This document shows positions 10,664 through 21,101 of a stretch of 64,000 bases of DNA, one piece after another (positions within the stretch are counted from its first letter, which is position 1; each line of letters starts with the position of its first letter). Below the pieces are notes generated by a model. The model saw only the letters and a program-made list of their open reading frames with translations, did no database searches and was not told where the DNA came from. The DNA is from Candidatus Poribacteria bacterium (GTDB lineage: Bacteria; Poribacteria; WGA-4E; WGA-3G), in contig CAXXLX010000001.1 of assembly GCA_963665235.2 (NCBI GenBank), positions 448,001 through 512,000 on the forward strand. The letters are read 5' to 3'. The position numbers and the translations under genes are program-made.

Positions 10664-11224
10664 TCACCGTTTGGAATTCTGAATTACAAAAATAAGGGTG
10701 TAACTACATCCAACTGAAGCGTGAATTTGATAGAACCTATTCCGATAGTATGAACCTATACATTTCCATGCAATGTTAGACATTTCACGGTCATGCATGG
10801 TTCGCAAGCTACACAAACGTAGCCAGGGGCTATCTCCCAGCACATATTCCAAAATATAGAGTATGCGCTAAATTTGTCTGCAAATGCCGATTCGCTTTAT
10901 TGACTGTTAGCAGTTAGCAAGAGTTTCAGACGGTAATAAGCGTTCTGACGTGTTTCAGAGCCCTCTTCCTCTTTTGCCAATAAGCCAATTGCTGCCAATT
11001 GCTAAATGAAGCAAAAATAGACGTGGTTTTGTCTAAAAACATTGCAAACAAAACTCTAAAATAGCGGACAACTCCCACACAAGGTATGTGCGGGGTCAGA
11101 GCGTTGTCCAAAGTGTTATAGTGATTATACCACACTTTTAGGCAAAAGTCAAATTAAAATTTCAACTCATGCACCGCCACTATATCCCCCTGATAAATCA
11201 TGAGGGTTTTGTGTTGGGAGCTTG
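10664..11224 (-). mobile_element. Degenerate IS200/IS605 element with decayed tnpB C-terminus (left coordinate approximate)
   Basis: 11140-11224 matches the ends at 22330-22412 and 42757-42845 and is preceded by TTAT. ORF 10664-10852 has HDRE...NI resembling TnpB HDRDxNAAxNI. Confidence 0.55.
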
Positions 11225-11734
11225 ATAATATATAGTTTCTGTTAAAAGAATACTAAAGTTTGGACAATTTGTCTGCGTTTGCTGAGAGGGACGGAGATGT
11301 ATTCATCTATTTATTACCGCGTCCGGGCGGCACATCAGACCTCTCCCGATTTATAACAGATAGGGCCCGTGTTTGAAAGCATAGCATCAGACCGAAGTAA
11401 GCACAGTTTGCTACTCATATTCTCGTCCACGAATATGTTGACACCGAACGGGCATCAGACCGAAGTAAGCACAGTTTGCTACCCCTGATGCGACCGGGTG
11501 CCAGAAAACGAGCAGAATCTACCAGACATTTTCCAAACTTTCACTTTATCATTTTCAATTATACATACAATTGCATTATTTGTCAACTTTTTGAAAAAAT
11601 GACAAATATGTCCGTAAACATCTTTTTTGCAATGCGTTCAGCAAAAATCGTTGATTTTTTTCCGTTCACATATTTCAGTGTAAGCTATTTCACGAAAAAA
11701 GTCAATTAATTTCGGAAAGATTTCGAAGCAAATT

Positions 11735-11996
11735 GTTTCCATTCCCTTCAAACGCGAAAACACTGGGGAACTAGAGGCAGCGGACAGACACCTACCCGAA
11801 AGGGAAATTGGTTTCCATTCCCTTCAAGCGGGAAAACACTGGGGGCACACTAAAACAGTTGTGAAGGAGTATGCCTATGGAAGGACGTTTCCATTCCCTT
11901 CAAGCGGGAAAACACTGGGGGCACGCATCACCTATTACCGCAGTCGTAGCAGTGCTTTGTTTCCATTCCCTTCAAGCGGGAAAACACTGGGGGCAC
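11735..11996 (-). CRISPR. Orphan CRISPR mini-array, 4 repeats and 3 spacers
   Basis: 38-bp repeat GTTTCCATTCCCTTCAAGCGGGAAAACACTGGGGGCAC at 11811, 11887, 11959 and a degenerate 37-bp copy at 11735. Spacers are 39, 38 and 34 bp. Internal hairpin TTCCC/GGGAA. The minus-strand repeat ends in GAAAC. No cas gene in the window. Confidence 0.9.
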
Positions 11997-12240
11997 TTAC
12001 CCTATTTTCGACCCACGCCACGCTTGACTCCACAACCCCTAATCCAAACACGAACTGCGCGGGGCTTTTTTTTACTCAAAAATCGGAGCGAAAATCGCCT
12101 AAACCCTTACCAATACTGACTCAAACGCGATTTTTACTAAAAAACACGAGAGAATTCAGTCACCGTATGGGTTTATGGGCTATTTCATCAAGCAATTCAG
12201 CGCAAGGTCGAATCGCGTTTGTTTTACAAAATTAAGTATA

Positions 12241-12572
12241 CTATAGTTTGGACAATTTCTGTGAGCCTGATGCCCGATTTTCAAAGCATTTCTGATTTTT
12301 CTCTAAGTTCCTCACACAAATACAAACAGTAGAAAATAGACTCCGATGCGCCAAAGCGCGGTTTCCCCAGCGGGGCGGTATCTTTATAGAAAACACAAAC
12401 AAAACAAAAACTAGCCCCAGCGGGGCGGTATCTTTATAGATTTTAGCCAGACCCCGCTTCTTTCCGCGTCCTCTGCGAAAGGAACATCTCGCCTCTTGTG
12501 TGTCGCCCGTGACACAACAGGCGAGATGTTCCTTTCCTCTGTGCCTTCCGTGATTCAGACAAAAAAACGCAA
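12241..12572. mobile_element. MITE family A, right end missing
   Basis: Left TIR and body similar to 8631-8940, with the CCCCAGCGGGG doublet and a long hairpin at ~12477-12536. Confidence 0.7.
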
Positions 12573-12574
12573 CA

Positions 12575-13057
12575 TCACTTAATCACAAAACCTTGACGCA
12601 TACACACCTTGTCTTCCGGCATCTTCACGTCGTACCACGCCTCAAATTCCTCAACACTTTGGCAGGCGGCATGGAAGAAACCGACGATGTCAATCCCCAT
12701 CTCCTTGGCGATAGTGAGATCCGCTTTGGCTTTCTCCCATTCTTGCAGATGCAACCACAAATCACCCCGATGGTAATAGGCAGCGGCATAGTCAGGGGTC
12801 AACGCTATCGCTTTGCTGAAGTCTGATATCGCCGCATCAAAATCGCCTTTACCAATGTAAGCATTGCCACGATTGTAATAGGCATCAGCATACTCGTGGT
12901 TCAATTCAATGGCTGTGCTATAGTCTGCTATCGCATTATCAACCTCACCTTTATCAAAGTAAGCATTGCCACGACTGTAATAGGCACGGGCAGACGCAGG
13001 GTTCAACGCTATCGCTTCACTACAGTCTTCTATAGATGCGTCAACGGGTGTGTTCAT
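12575..13057 (-). CDS. Tetratricopeptide repeat protein
   Basis: Repeated AYYxRGNAY...AIxDxSxAIxLxP units. Confidence 0.85.
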   Translation of the reverse strand: MNTPVDASIEDCSEAIALNPASARAYYSRGNAYFDKGEVDNAIADYSTAIELNHEYADAYYNRGNAYIGKGDFDAAISDFSKAIALTPDYAAAYYHRGDLWLHLQEWEKAKADLTIAKEMGIDIVGFFHAACQSVEEFEAWYDVKMPEDKVCMRQGFVIK

Positions 13058-13068
13058 AGGTTTTTTTC

Positions 13069-13344
13069 CTATGCGATGGGTGGCATGCCGTGTTTCTCAA
13101 ATAAAAGATTCAGCCCGTCACCTAATACTTGCTCATAAGTTTTGTCTTCCTTTGCCGCGATCATCCGTACCTGCTGATGGGTTTTCGGGTCAAACCACCC
13201 TGTGAGGCATCTCTTGCCTTTTCGCGATGGCGGCAACTTCTCGTCGGTGTTCGCAACGACCGATTGCGATTCGGTTTCGAGTGCTGCCTTTTCCTGTTCC
13301 CGCTTTTGGTTGAAAATATCGGTGAGGTCTTTTTTCTGCTTCAT
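13069..13344 (-). CDS. Small ribbon-helix-helix protein, probable ParG-like centromere-binding partner
   Basis: Coupled to parA; flexible N-terminus, then LTGWFDPKTHQQVRMIAA...LNLLFEKHG. Confidence 0.7.
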   Translation of the reverse strand: MKQKKDLTDIFNQKREQEKAALETESQSVVANTDEKLPPSRKGKRCLTGWFDPKTHQQVRMIAAKEDKTYEQVLGDGLNLLFEKHGMPPIA

Positions 13345-13345
13345 C

Positions 13346-13966
13346 TTATCCTCCCATTTCCTTGCTGAGATACGCATAGAGTGCCGTTATCTCGCGTGAT
13401 GTTTTCGCGCGCGGTTCAAATTCCTGAACGCCTGTGCCGTGATTGAATGCATGTACGAAGCCGACGCGCTGACCAAGTTCACACGGTGCGCATTCAACAT
13501 CGTATTGACGGATCACTTGACGTGCCTGATTGCCGAGGTCGCTACGGGCATCGACGCAATTTAATACGACGCGTGCCGGAACTTCCGCGATTTCCGCTAT
13601 CTTGACGGTGTTTTCAATCGCGTCTAAATCCACCATAGATGGCTTACACGGGATCAGGACGATAGATGCAGCCCGTGCAACATTTAGGGCATCGGGTCCT
13701 GAATTCGGGGCGGTATCCAAGATAACGAGGGTCGCGCCGTTTTCCTCTGCCGTCTGTAGCCAGTGTCTCAATCGAGAGACAGGTGTCGCGATAATCGCCG
13801 GTGTGTTTGCTTCGCGATAATCGCCCCATCGGGTCGCGCTCGCCTGCGGGTCGAGATCGATGAGGGCGGTGGTATGCCCTTCGCGTTCCGCGGCGACACA
13901 GAGATTCGTCGCGATTGTCGTCTTGCCGGTGCCACCTTTCTGAGAGAGGATCGCTACGGTTTTCAT
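13346..13966 (-). CDS. parA: Plasmid-type (type Ib, ParF-like) ParA ATPase
   Basis: Deviant Walker A KGGTGKTT, DLDPQAS, ILDTAP; about 206 aa; RBS GGAGG. Confidence 0.9.
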   Translation of the reverse strand: MKTVAILSQKGGTGKTTIATNLCVAAEREGHTTALIDLDPQASATRWGDYREANTPAIIATPVSRLRHWLQTAEENGATLVILDTAPNSGPDALNVARAASIVLIPCKPSMVDLDAIENTVKIAEIAEVPARVVLNCVDARSDLGNQARQVIRQYDVECAPCELGQRVGFVHAFNHGTGVQEFEPRAKTSREITALYAYLSKEMGG

Positions 13967-13980
13967 TTTTACCTCCAATG

Positions 13981-14056
13981 ACATGTTATCTGTGTAGATA
14001 TGTTTACTGTGTCAACATGTTGGCTGTGCTAACATGATATCGGTGTTAACATGTTA
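13981..14056. repeat. About 4.5 degenerate 17-bp iterons upstream of parA (candidate centromere/operator)
   Basis: acatgttatctgtgtag / atatgtttactgtgtca / acatgttggctgtgcta / acatgatatcggtgtta / acatgtta. Confidence 0.7.
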
Positions 14057-14301
14057 ATAAACGTTGGAGGCTGTGGATAGGTTACAGGTATTATATGAAA
14101 AATCGTGAATTGTGGGATTCAATGTTCCATAACGCTGCGGGTGTCGGGCGCAAAAACAACTTGAACATCCTTGCGTTTGCATAATCTGTCCGAAACCTGT
14201 TTGAAACATATCAGAAGTTTATCAGAAACTTGTTGGCAAGTAGGTTTGGCATTCGAAGCTTTAAGTGAAGTAGCTGGAGGCCCCGACTAGGAGAACATCT
14301 C

Positions 14302-14690
14302 ATGCAAGATAAGCTTATCAAATCTACAGAGTTTTTTCATCTTACTTTCAGCGTCCGTCTGAGCGTATAGTTGGGACGCTATTGTTGGTGTGTTTGCCAT
14401 CTGTTTGGTCTGGACAACCCGAATCAGGTTGGTGACGCGTTGGGTCTGCCGAAAGGGAGCCTTTATCGCAGGCTAGGTGCTTTGAGCCTATATTATGCGC
14501 GGAGTTTGTGTCTTCATATCAGGTGTGCGATAGCAGCCGCAGCCATCAAATCGGTTGAAGGGAAGAGTGCCTCGACACAATAGCGTAAACGTCCTACGAT
14601 AAGTGTGGATGATACGAATCTACCACACGATGGTGAGAAGCTAGCCTACTGTGGTAGATGGTGGTCAAAAAAACACGGCTCATGTAAAGA
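14302..14690 (+). pseudogene. Degraded DDE transposase fragment (IS4/IS701-like)
   Basis: Reading through the stop at 14581 gives ...STQ*RKRPTISVDDTNLPHDGEKLAYCGRWWSKKHG; TIR-like TGCGTAAGTCCTG at ~14924-14936. Confidence 0.55.
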
Positions 14691-15147
14691 ATAAGTGCAT
14701 AAGAAAATTTAACCCTTGTGGCCGTTGCGTTTATTAGAACAATCGCACACATCTTTAACATGAGCCCTGAACTTTTTCACAATGGTCTGCGAAATGAGTG
14801 AGCGTCCAGTTGATTTGGGTGCTGAGTAAATACTGACAGTAATCTAAGCGTGTCGGTTTGTTCATCTTTAGACTCCTCCTTGCAAACCATATTAACCAAA
14901 TATAGAAATCATGTCAACTATTTTGCGTAAGTCCTGCATATAATTCAAACATTGTCAAGGTATATTTAAATTTTTTTTGAAGATTCTACCGTATTTTTGC
15001 AAATTCACTCCATTTTTTTCAATAGAACTCAATTAAAATCTCGGAAATTGAAAGAATTTCGCTTTCTTCTAAATAAAACGGACTTGCTTAATGCACGAAT
15101 TTGTGATAACATAATTTAAAAGACGAAACGTTGAGGTAAAGAAAAAA

Positions 15148-16149
15148 ATGCATGAAAATTATAGTGTTGCAATTGTTGGGGCAACAGGCGCGGTCGGCAA
15201 CACGTTGTTAGAAATTTTAGAAGAACGCGCCTTTCCGATTCAAAACCTGAAGCTGCTGGCATCGCATAGGTCCGCCGGTGAAATTTTTACGTTTAAAAAC
15301 GAACACATCGTTATTGAGGAACTATCACACGATTCCTTTGAGGCGGTTGATGTTGTTTTTTCATCGGCAGGTGCCACGGTAAGTAGGGAATTCATACCAA
15401 CAGCTGTCCAAAAGGGGGCGTTGGTTATTGACAACACAAGTGCGTTCCGAATGGACCCAGAAACACCCCTCGTTGTGCCGGAAGTTAACATGGCGGCTGC
15501 TTTTCAACATAAGGGGCTCATCGCGAATCCGAACTGCTCTACTATTCAGATGATGGTCGCACTCAAACCGATTTACGACGCTGTCGGCATCAAACGCATC
15601 GTTGTTTCCACATACCAGAGCGTCTCCGGTAAAAGTGGACGCGCCGTGACAGAGTTGGTCCAGCAAACAACCGAGGCGTTGGAAGGCAAGCCTATCACGC
15701 TCGATCGGTTCCCACATCAGATGGCGTTTAATGTCGCCTTCGATTGGCCCTTTACCGATACAGGCGATAACGAAGAAGAATTGAAGATGATTAACGAAAC
15801 CCGAAAAATCCTTGAGGACGAAACTATCGGGGTGTCCGCAACAACTGTCCGGGTGCCAGTTTTCTTCGCACATTCTGAATCCATTAATGTAGAGACGCAT
15901 GAAAAACTTACCCAAGCGCAAGCCCGTGAATGTCTTGCTGCCGCCCCGGGTGTCCAAGTCATTGACGATACCGATAATTATAAGTACCCGATGGCGATAG
16001 ATGCCGCCGGCAACGATGATGTTTATGTCGGACGCATCCGAGAAGATACATCTATTCCGAACGGCTTAAATCTATGGGTTGTCGCCGATAATCTTCGTAA
16101 AGGGGCTGCGTTGAATGCGATTCAGATTGCAGAACGACTTTTGTGCTAA
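15148..16149 (+). CDS. asd: Aspartate-semialdehyde dehydrogenase
   Basis: GATGAVG, ANPNCSTIQ, DNLRKGAALNA. Confidence 0.96.
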   Translation: MHENYSVAIVGATGAVGNTLLEILEERAFPIQNLKLLASHRSAGEIFTFKNEHIVIEELSHDSFEAVDVVFSSAGATVSREFIPTAVQKGALVIDNTSAFRMDPETPLVVPEVNMAAAFQHKGLIANPNCSTIQMMVALKPIYDAVGIKRIVVSTYQSVSGKSGRAVTELVQQTTEALEGKPITLDRFPHQMAFNVAFDWPFTDTGDNEEELKMINETRKILEDETIGVSATTVRVPVFFAHSESINVETHEKLTQAQARECLAAAPGVQVIDDTDNYKYPMAIDAAGNDDVYVGRIREDTSIPNGLNLWVVADNLRKGAALNAIQIAERLLC

Positions 16150-16197
16150 ACTCATTTGCCTTGTGAGAACGGCACTCTCAAGAAGTTGAACATAAGT

Positions 16198-17334
16198 ATG
16201 GATTTAAACAGCAAAAATATTCCGCCCTATCTTCGCGAACGGCAAGCAGAGATAGGTTTCTTCGAGCTGAATACCGAACTGACTGCTGAGGAAATCGGAG
16301 ATGGAAACTTAAACTTTGTCTATAGGGTGTTCAATACGGCACACCGGGAACATTCGCTCGTCTTGAAACAGGCACCCCCCTACATTAAGATTTTGGGGCC
16401 TGACTATCCGCTTCCACCGGACCGCTTGACGTACGAAGCACGCGCGCTCACAGTTTACAACCGACTTGCAAGCGGAGCAGCCCCAGTGTTATACTATTTT
16501 GACGAGGACAACGCGGTAATCGTCATGGAGGATTTCCGCAACTACTGCCTACTGCGCGATGAACTCATCGCAGGGCAAGTGAATTATACCGTTCCCGAGC
16601 AAATCGGAGGGTTTATGGGCACTGTCCATAGCCAAACCCATGTCCAAAACCTAAATAGAGAGACCGAAGATAAGTATAGGGAAGACTTCGCTAATACCGT
16701 GATGCAGGCGATTACAGCGGATTACGTCTTCACTTTTCCATTTACCGAACATGAAACGAATTTTTATACGGAGGGGTTGGAAACCGAGGTTCATCGATTG
16801 AAAACGGACGCGGTTTTCTTGCAGCAGGCGCACAATCTGAAAACAAGATTTCTCACAGCACAGCACGGTTTAGTGCACGGAGACCTCCACACGGGGAGTA
16901 TCCTAGTAAGGGACAATTCAGCGAAGGTTATCGACGCTGAATTCGCCTTTTATGGACCGGTAGCGTTCGACGTAGGTTTATATTGGGCGAATTATCTCCT
17001 ATCCTATTTTTCGCATACGGGCAATGCCGACGTGCAAGCTGCACTCAAAAAAGCTATCTGTAAGATGTGGGCCAGCTACACTACACAATTTAAGATGACT
17101 GACGCATCGCAAGGCCCTGTTGTGTTACAACATATCTTCCATGAATCGGTCGGTTTCGCAGGCATGGAGATATTGCGGCGGCTCATTGGCGCAGCGCATG
17201 TCAAAGATATTGAACGGATTGTAGACATGAAACGGAAATTGATAGTAGAAACCGCCGCCCTTGAATTCGGAAGCATTATGGTCAAACAACATCAAAACAT
17301 TAGGACACTAACGGCTTTGCTTGACCTATTATAG
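16198..17334 (+). CDS. mtnK: S-methyl-5-thioribose kinase
   Basis: EEIGDGNLNFVYRV, KQAPPY, HGDLHTGSI, IDAEFAFYGP, RRLIGAAHV. Confidence 0.92.
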   Translation: MDLNSKNIPPYLRERQAEIGFFELNTELTAEEIGDGNLNFVYRVFNTAHREHSLVLKQAPPYIKILGPDYPLPPDRLTYEARALTVYNRLASGAAPVLYYFDEDNAVIVMEDFRNYCLLRDELIAGQVNYTVPEQIGGFMGTVHSQTHVQNLNRETEDKYREDFANTVMQAITADYVFTFPFTEHETNFYTEGLETEVHRLKTDAVFLQQAHNLKTRFLTAQHGLVHGDLHTGSILVRDNSAKVIDAEFAFYGPVAFDVGLYWANYLLSYFSHTGNADVQAALKKAICKMWASYTTQFKMTDASQGPVVLQHIFHESVGFAGMEILRRLIGAAHVKDIERIVDMKRKLIVETAALEFGSIMVKQHQNIRTLTALLDLL

Positions 17335-17389
17335 CACAGCAGCCGGGGTTATCCATTAAACCGATGCTGCGAAAGCATTGGACAAAACT

Positions 17390-18262
17390 ATGAAAGACTA
17401 CTATGACATACTTGGTGTTAATCGAAACGCCACACCTGAAGAAATCAAAAAAGCCTATCGGAAATTGGCGGTGAGGTATCATCCCGACAAAAACCCGGGG
17501 GACGAAGCGGCTGAGGAGAAATTTAAAGAGGCATCCAACGCCTATTCGGTACTATCCGACCCGCAAAAGCGGCGCGTCTATGATACACAAGGACACGCAG
17601 GCGTTGGCGGTATGGGGTTTGAAGGCTACCGAACTATGGACGACATCTTCGCAAGCCTGAACCTTGACGATATTCTTGGACGCGCCGGATTTGGCGGGCT
17701 CGGCGGATTCGATGCCGCCTTTAGTGATGTGTTCGGACCGCAACGGCGCGCTGCCCAACACACACGCGGACGAGACCGCCGCCTGAACCTCAATATCACT
17801 TTTGAAGAGGCAATCCTCGGATGCCAAAAAGAGGTCAATGTCCAAGGAAAAAACATCACCCTTAAAATCCCGCCCGGCACTCAGGATGGACAAACCCTCC
17901 GAGTCCGCGGCTACGGTGAATCTGCCCGAGCAGGAGAAGCCGGAAACCTACTCGTGCAACTCTCTGTCCAACCGCACCCAACGCTAACGCGGGATGGACG
18001 CGATTTGGTGACAGATGTGAAGGTGTCAATGGTAACCGCAGCGTTAGGTGGCACAGTTCGAGTGAAAACTTTAACTGAGAACGTGGAGCTCAAAATCCCA
18101 TCAGGTGCACAACCCGGACAGCAGTTTCGCCTCCGTGGACAAGGCGTACCAGATGCCACCGGGCGAAAAGGTGATTTGCGGGTACGCCTCGTCGTAGAAA
18201 TTCCGAAGTCTCTCTCAAGAAAACAGAAGAACTTACTAAAACAATTTGAGAACACATCATGA
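17390..18262 (+). CDS. DnaJ class B (CbpA-like) co-chaperone
   Basis: J domain with HPD, G/F-rich region, C-terminal domain, no zinc finger. Confidence 0.9.
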   Translation: MKDYYDILGVNRNATPEEIKKAYRKLAVRYHPDKNPGDEAAEEKFKEASNAYSVLSDPQKRRVYDTQGHAGVGGMGFEGYRTMDDIFASLNLDDILGRAGFGGLGGFDAAFSDVFGPQRRAAQHTRGRDRRLNLNITFEEAILGCQKEVNVQGKNITLKIPPGTQDGQTLRVRGYGESARAGEAGNLLVQLSVQPHPTLTRDGRDLVTDVKVSMVTAALGGTVRVKTLTENVELKIPSGAQPGQQFRLRGQGVPDATGRKGDLRVRLVVEIPKSLSRKQKNLLKQFENTS

Positions 18263-19161
18263 GACAAATACTCGCAGCGTCTGAAGCAACATCACAGCCA
18301 AGTGGCCCGTATGACATCGTTTCAAAGAATATTATTCGGCAAAATCCCGATGAATTTCTCCAATTTTGGCTTGGTACACCGGACGTTAAAGCGATTAGCG
18401 TACTAGAAACGGAACAACCCGTAGTCAAATGGTATCGTTCAGATAGTTTCATCCACGCAAATGTTCGTGGACAGGAAGCCATCGTGCATTTTGAGTTTCA
18501 GACACACGATAGCACGCAAGTACCGATGCCATTCCGAATGGCAGGATATGCTGGTTTAGGGCTCCGTATGTATAAATTACCTATCTATCAGCATGCCATT
18601 TACTTTCATCCTGCCGCGGGCGAGAATGACCCCGGGGAATACGTCCAAACTATGCCGGGGTATGAGATTCGTATCAAATACAAGGTAATCAGAATGTGCA
18701 CAATAGAGGGGCAGGCTGTTTTAGATGCAAAACTGAAAGGCCTCATCCCTTTTACACCGCTGATGAAACCGCCAGAGGACATGGATTCAACGGAGTGGTT
18801 ACAGCAGTGTGTTGCAGTTGCAGAAACTATCCCGATGGACGAGGCAGACAGGCCAGATTATCTTGCCTCCATGGCGATTCTGTCTGATGTGGTATTTGAT
18901 AATTTTCACAACATTCGTGGAATTATATCGGAGGGTATTATGCAAGCATCATCTTTTGGTGATTATTTTCAGAAAAAAACTACCATTGAAAATCTGCTTG
19001 ACGTGCTAGATGTTCGCTTTCCATCTACCGACGTGCAGGCGTTGAAACCACTGCTCGAAAACATCGCAGAATATCAAACACTCAAGCAGTTGCTTCGTGA
19101 GACAGCGCGGGTGCCAAGTTTTGAGGAGTTCAAACGGATATTGGCAGCAAACGGAAGTTAA
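18259..19161 (+). CDS. Rpn/YhgA-like PD-(D/E)XK nuclease/putative transposase
   Basis: YDIVSK, RSDSF, HFEFQT, MPFRM motifs and C-terminal LLDVLDVRF. Confidence 0.7.
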   Translation: MRQILAASEATSQPSGPYDIVSKNIIRQNPDEFLQFWLGTPDVKAISVLETEQPVVKWYRSDSFIHANVRGQEAIVHFEFQTHDSTQVPMPFRMAGYAGLGLRMYKLPIYQHAIYFHPAAGENDPGEYVQTMPGYEIRIKYKVIRMCTIEGQAVLDAKLKGLIPFTPLMKPPEDMDSTEWLQQCVAVAETIPMDEADRPDYLASMAILSDVVFDNFHNIRGIISEGIMQASSFGDYFQKKTTIENLLDVLDVRFPSTDVQALKPLLENIAEYQTLKQLLRETARVPSFEEFKRILAANGS

Positions 19162-19195
19162 ATCCCCTATTCAACCCGACCTATAAGGAGAAAAA

Positions 19196-20383
19196 ATGAT
19201 TTCATTATCACAACGGAGTGAAAACGTAACGCCATCATCCACGTTGGCAATCACCGCAAAAATTAACGCACTCATCGCGGAGGGCGTAGATGTCGTCAAA
19301 TTCGGGGCAGGTGAACCCGATTTCGATACACCTGACTATATCAAAACCGCCGCTATTGAAGCACTCGACGCAGGGTTTACCAAATATACCCCCGTCCCCG
19401 GCATTCCTGAACTCCGGGAAGCAGTCGTGGAAAAATTCAAGCAGGATAATGGGTTGACCTATACAACTTCCCAAGTTATCGTATCCTGCGGAGCGAAACA
19501 CACGCTCTACAATATCATGCAAGCGATATGCGACCCGGGCGATGAGGTAATCTTTGCAGCCCCCTATTGGGTGAGTTATCCACAGCAGGTGAAATTGGCA
19601 GGAGCCGTCCCACGGGTAATTGAAACGACCCCCGAACAGCACTTCTGCATGCAAGCCGAACAGGTTGAAGCTGCAATAACCCCCCAAACGAAGGCAATCC
19701 TCATTAACAGTCCGAGCAATCCTACCGGCACCACGTACGATGTGGACACACTCAAGCAGATTGCCGAACTCGCTGTCAAACATCAGGTATATCTCATCTC
19801 CGATGAAATTTATGAGGCACTGCTTTACGATGGCGCGACACATCAGAGCCCAGCTTCATTCAACGAGGAAACGAAAGCGATTACGTTTGTCGTCAACGGG
19901 GTCTCTAAAGCGTATTCTATGACAGGGTGGCGTATCGGGTACACCGCTGGTCCCGAAGATGTGATTTCAGCGATGTCGCGCATTCAATCGCACAGCACCT
20001 CAGGGGCAACCTCAATTGCACAGAAAGCCGCAGTCGCCGCTCTGAAGCAATCGCAAGATGCTGTTGAAGAGATGCGTCAGGCATTTGAGGCGCGGCGCGA
20101 TGTTATCTGTCAACGTTTTGATGACATTGATGGGGTGAGTTACGTTAAACCGCAGGGTGCATTCTATATCTTCCCCGATTTTTCGGCACACTACGGCAGA
20201 ACATTTGAGGGTAAAAAGATCGAAGGGTCAATGGACATAACCGATTATCTGCTCAGTTCGGCAGGGGTCGGCGTTGTACCGGGCAACGGGTTCGGTGCTG
20301 ATAACCATTTGCGCCTCTCGTTTGCTACTTCGTTGACAGAGATTAATCGCGGTTTGGAGCGGATTAAGAAGGCGTTGGAATAA
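19196..20383 (+). CDS. aspC: Aspartate aminotransferase, class I/II PLP enzyme
   Basis: GAGEPDFDTP, NSPSNPTG, SDEIY, SKAYSMTGWRIG. Confidence 0.9.
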   Translation: MISLSQRSENVTPSSTLAITAKINALIAEGVDVVKFGAGEPDFDTPDYIKTAAIEALDAGFTKYTPVPGIPELREAVVEKFKQDNGLTYTTSQVIVSCGAKHTLYNIMQAICDPGDEVIFAAPYWVSYPQQVKLAGAVPRVIETTPEQHFCMQAEQVEAAITPQTKAILINSPSNPTGTTYDVDTLKQIAELAVKHQVYLISDEIYEALLYDGATHQSPASFNEETKAITFVVNGVSKAYSMTGWRIGYTAGPEDVISAMSRIQSHSTSGATSIAQKAAVAALKQSQDAVEEMRQAFEARRDVICQRFDDIDGVSYVKPQGAFYIFPDFSAHYGRTFEGKKIEGSMDITDYLLSSAGVGVVPGNGFGADNHLRLSFATSLTEINRGLERIKKALE

Positions 20384-20584
20384 TATCAGTGTTTACGGGA
20401 ACTGTCCTTGCTGGCGAGGTGTTTTTGCTTGGGGGTATTTCCTCTAGAAACCTCGCCAGCGGTACACAACGCAATCAATATTTTGACAACCCCTCTCTGA
20501 TATGGTACAATAAATTCACTGCTTGCGAAAAAACATACGCTCTTTCGGGTTCATTCTGTTCAATCTCAGTCAAAGGACACAGTA

Positions 20585-21091
20585 ATGTTAAACGTGCGGA
20601 CACCGCTTTCGAGTATTTTCGGAATACTCTTTATCTTTTCAATCTCTTTTTCCGCTTTTGCACAACAGGAGCAACGGTCTAGTGCTCCCCTGTCACAATC
20701 CCAATTTATGCAGCTTCTTGATAGGATAGACAAATCTGAAGAGGAAATGCGTAAGCACGTAGACGAAAAATTTGATAAACTTGATAAGAAATTTGATGCA
20801 AAATTTGGTGAGCTTGATAAGAAATTTGATGAACTAGACGAGAAATTTGATAAACTTAGCACAGATGTTGCCTTTATTAACGGACAATTAACCATTATTA
20901 AGTGGAGTATCACAATATTTGGTGCCCCTCTTCTTGTTGGTTTAATAATCTATTACCTACAAAACCGTAAAAAAAGGGTTAATACAACCGCTAACGTAGA
21001 AACTAAAGTTCCCGCCGAAGGCAAAGAAGGATCGGATGAAGGCATCAGGCAAAGAATTTTAAGAGATAATAAACCATCCACATCCGTATAG
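20585..21091 (+). CDS. Signal-peptide coiled-coil protein with one C-terminal TM helix
   Basis: Signal peptide ending AFA, KFD-x-LD-K heptads, TM WSITIFGAPLLVGLIIYYL; AT-rich. Confidence 0.7.
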   Translation: MLNVRTPLSSIFGILFIFSISFSAFAQQEQRSSAPLSQSQFMQLLDRIDKSEEEMRKHVDEKFDKLDKKFDAKFGELDKKFDELDEKFDKLSTDVAFINGQLTIIKWSITIFGAPLLVGLIIYYLQNRKKRVNTTANVETKVPAEGKEGSDEGIRQRILRDNKPSTSV

Positions 21092-21101
21092 GAATAATCA
21101 A

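Noticed and set aside
11861-12235. ORFs across the CRISPR array
   Set aside because: They are translations of repeats, spacers and leader.
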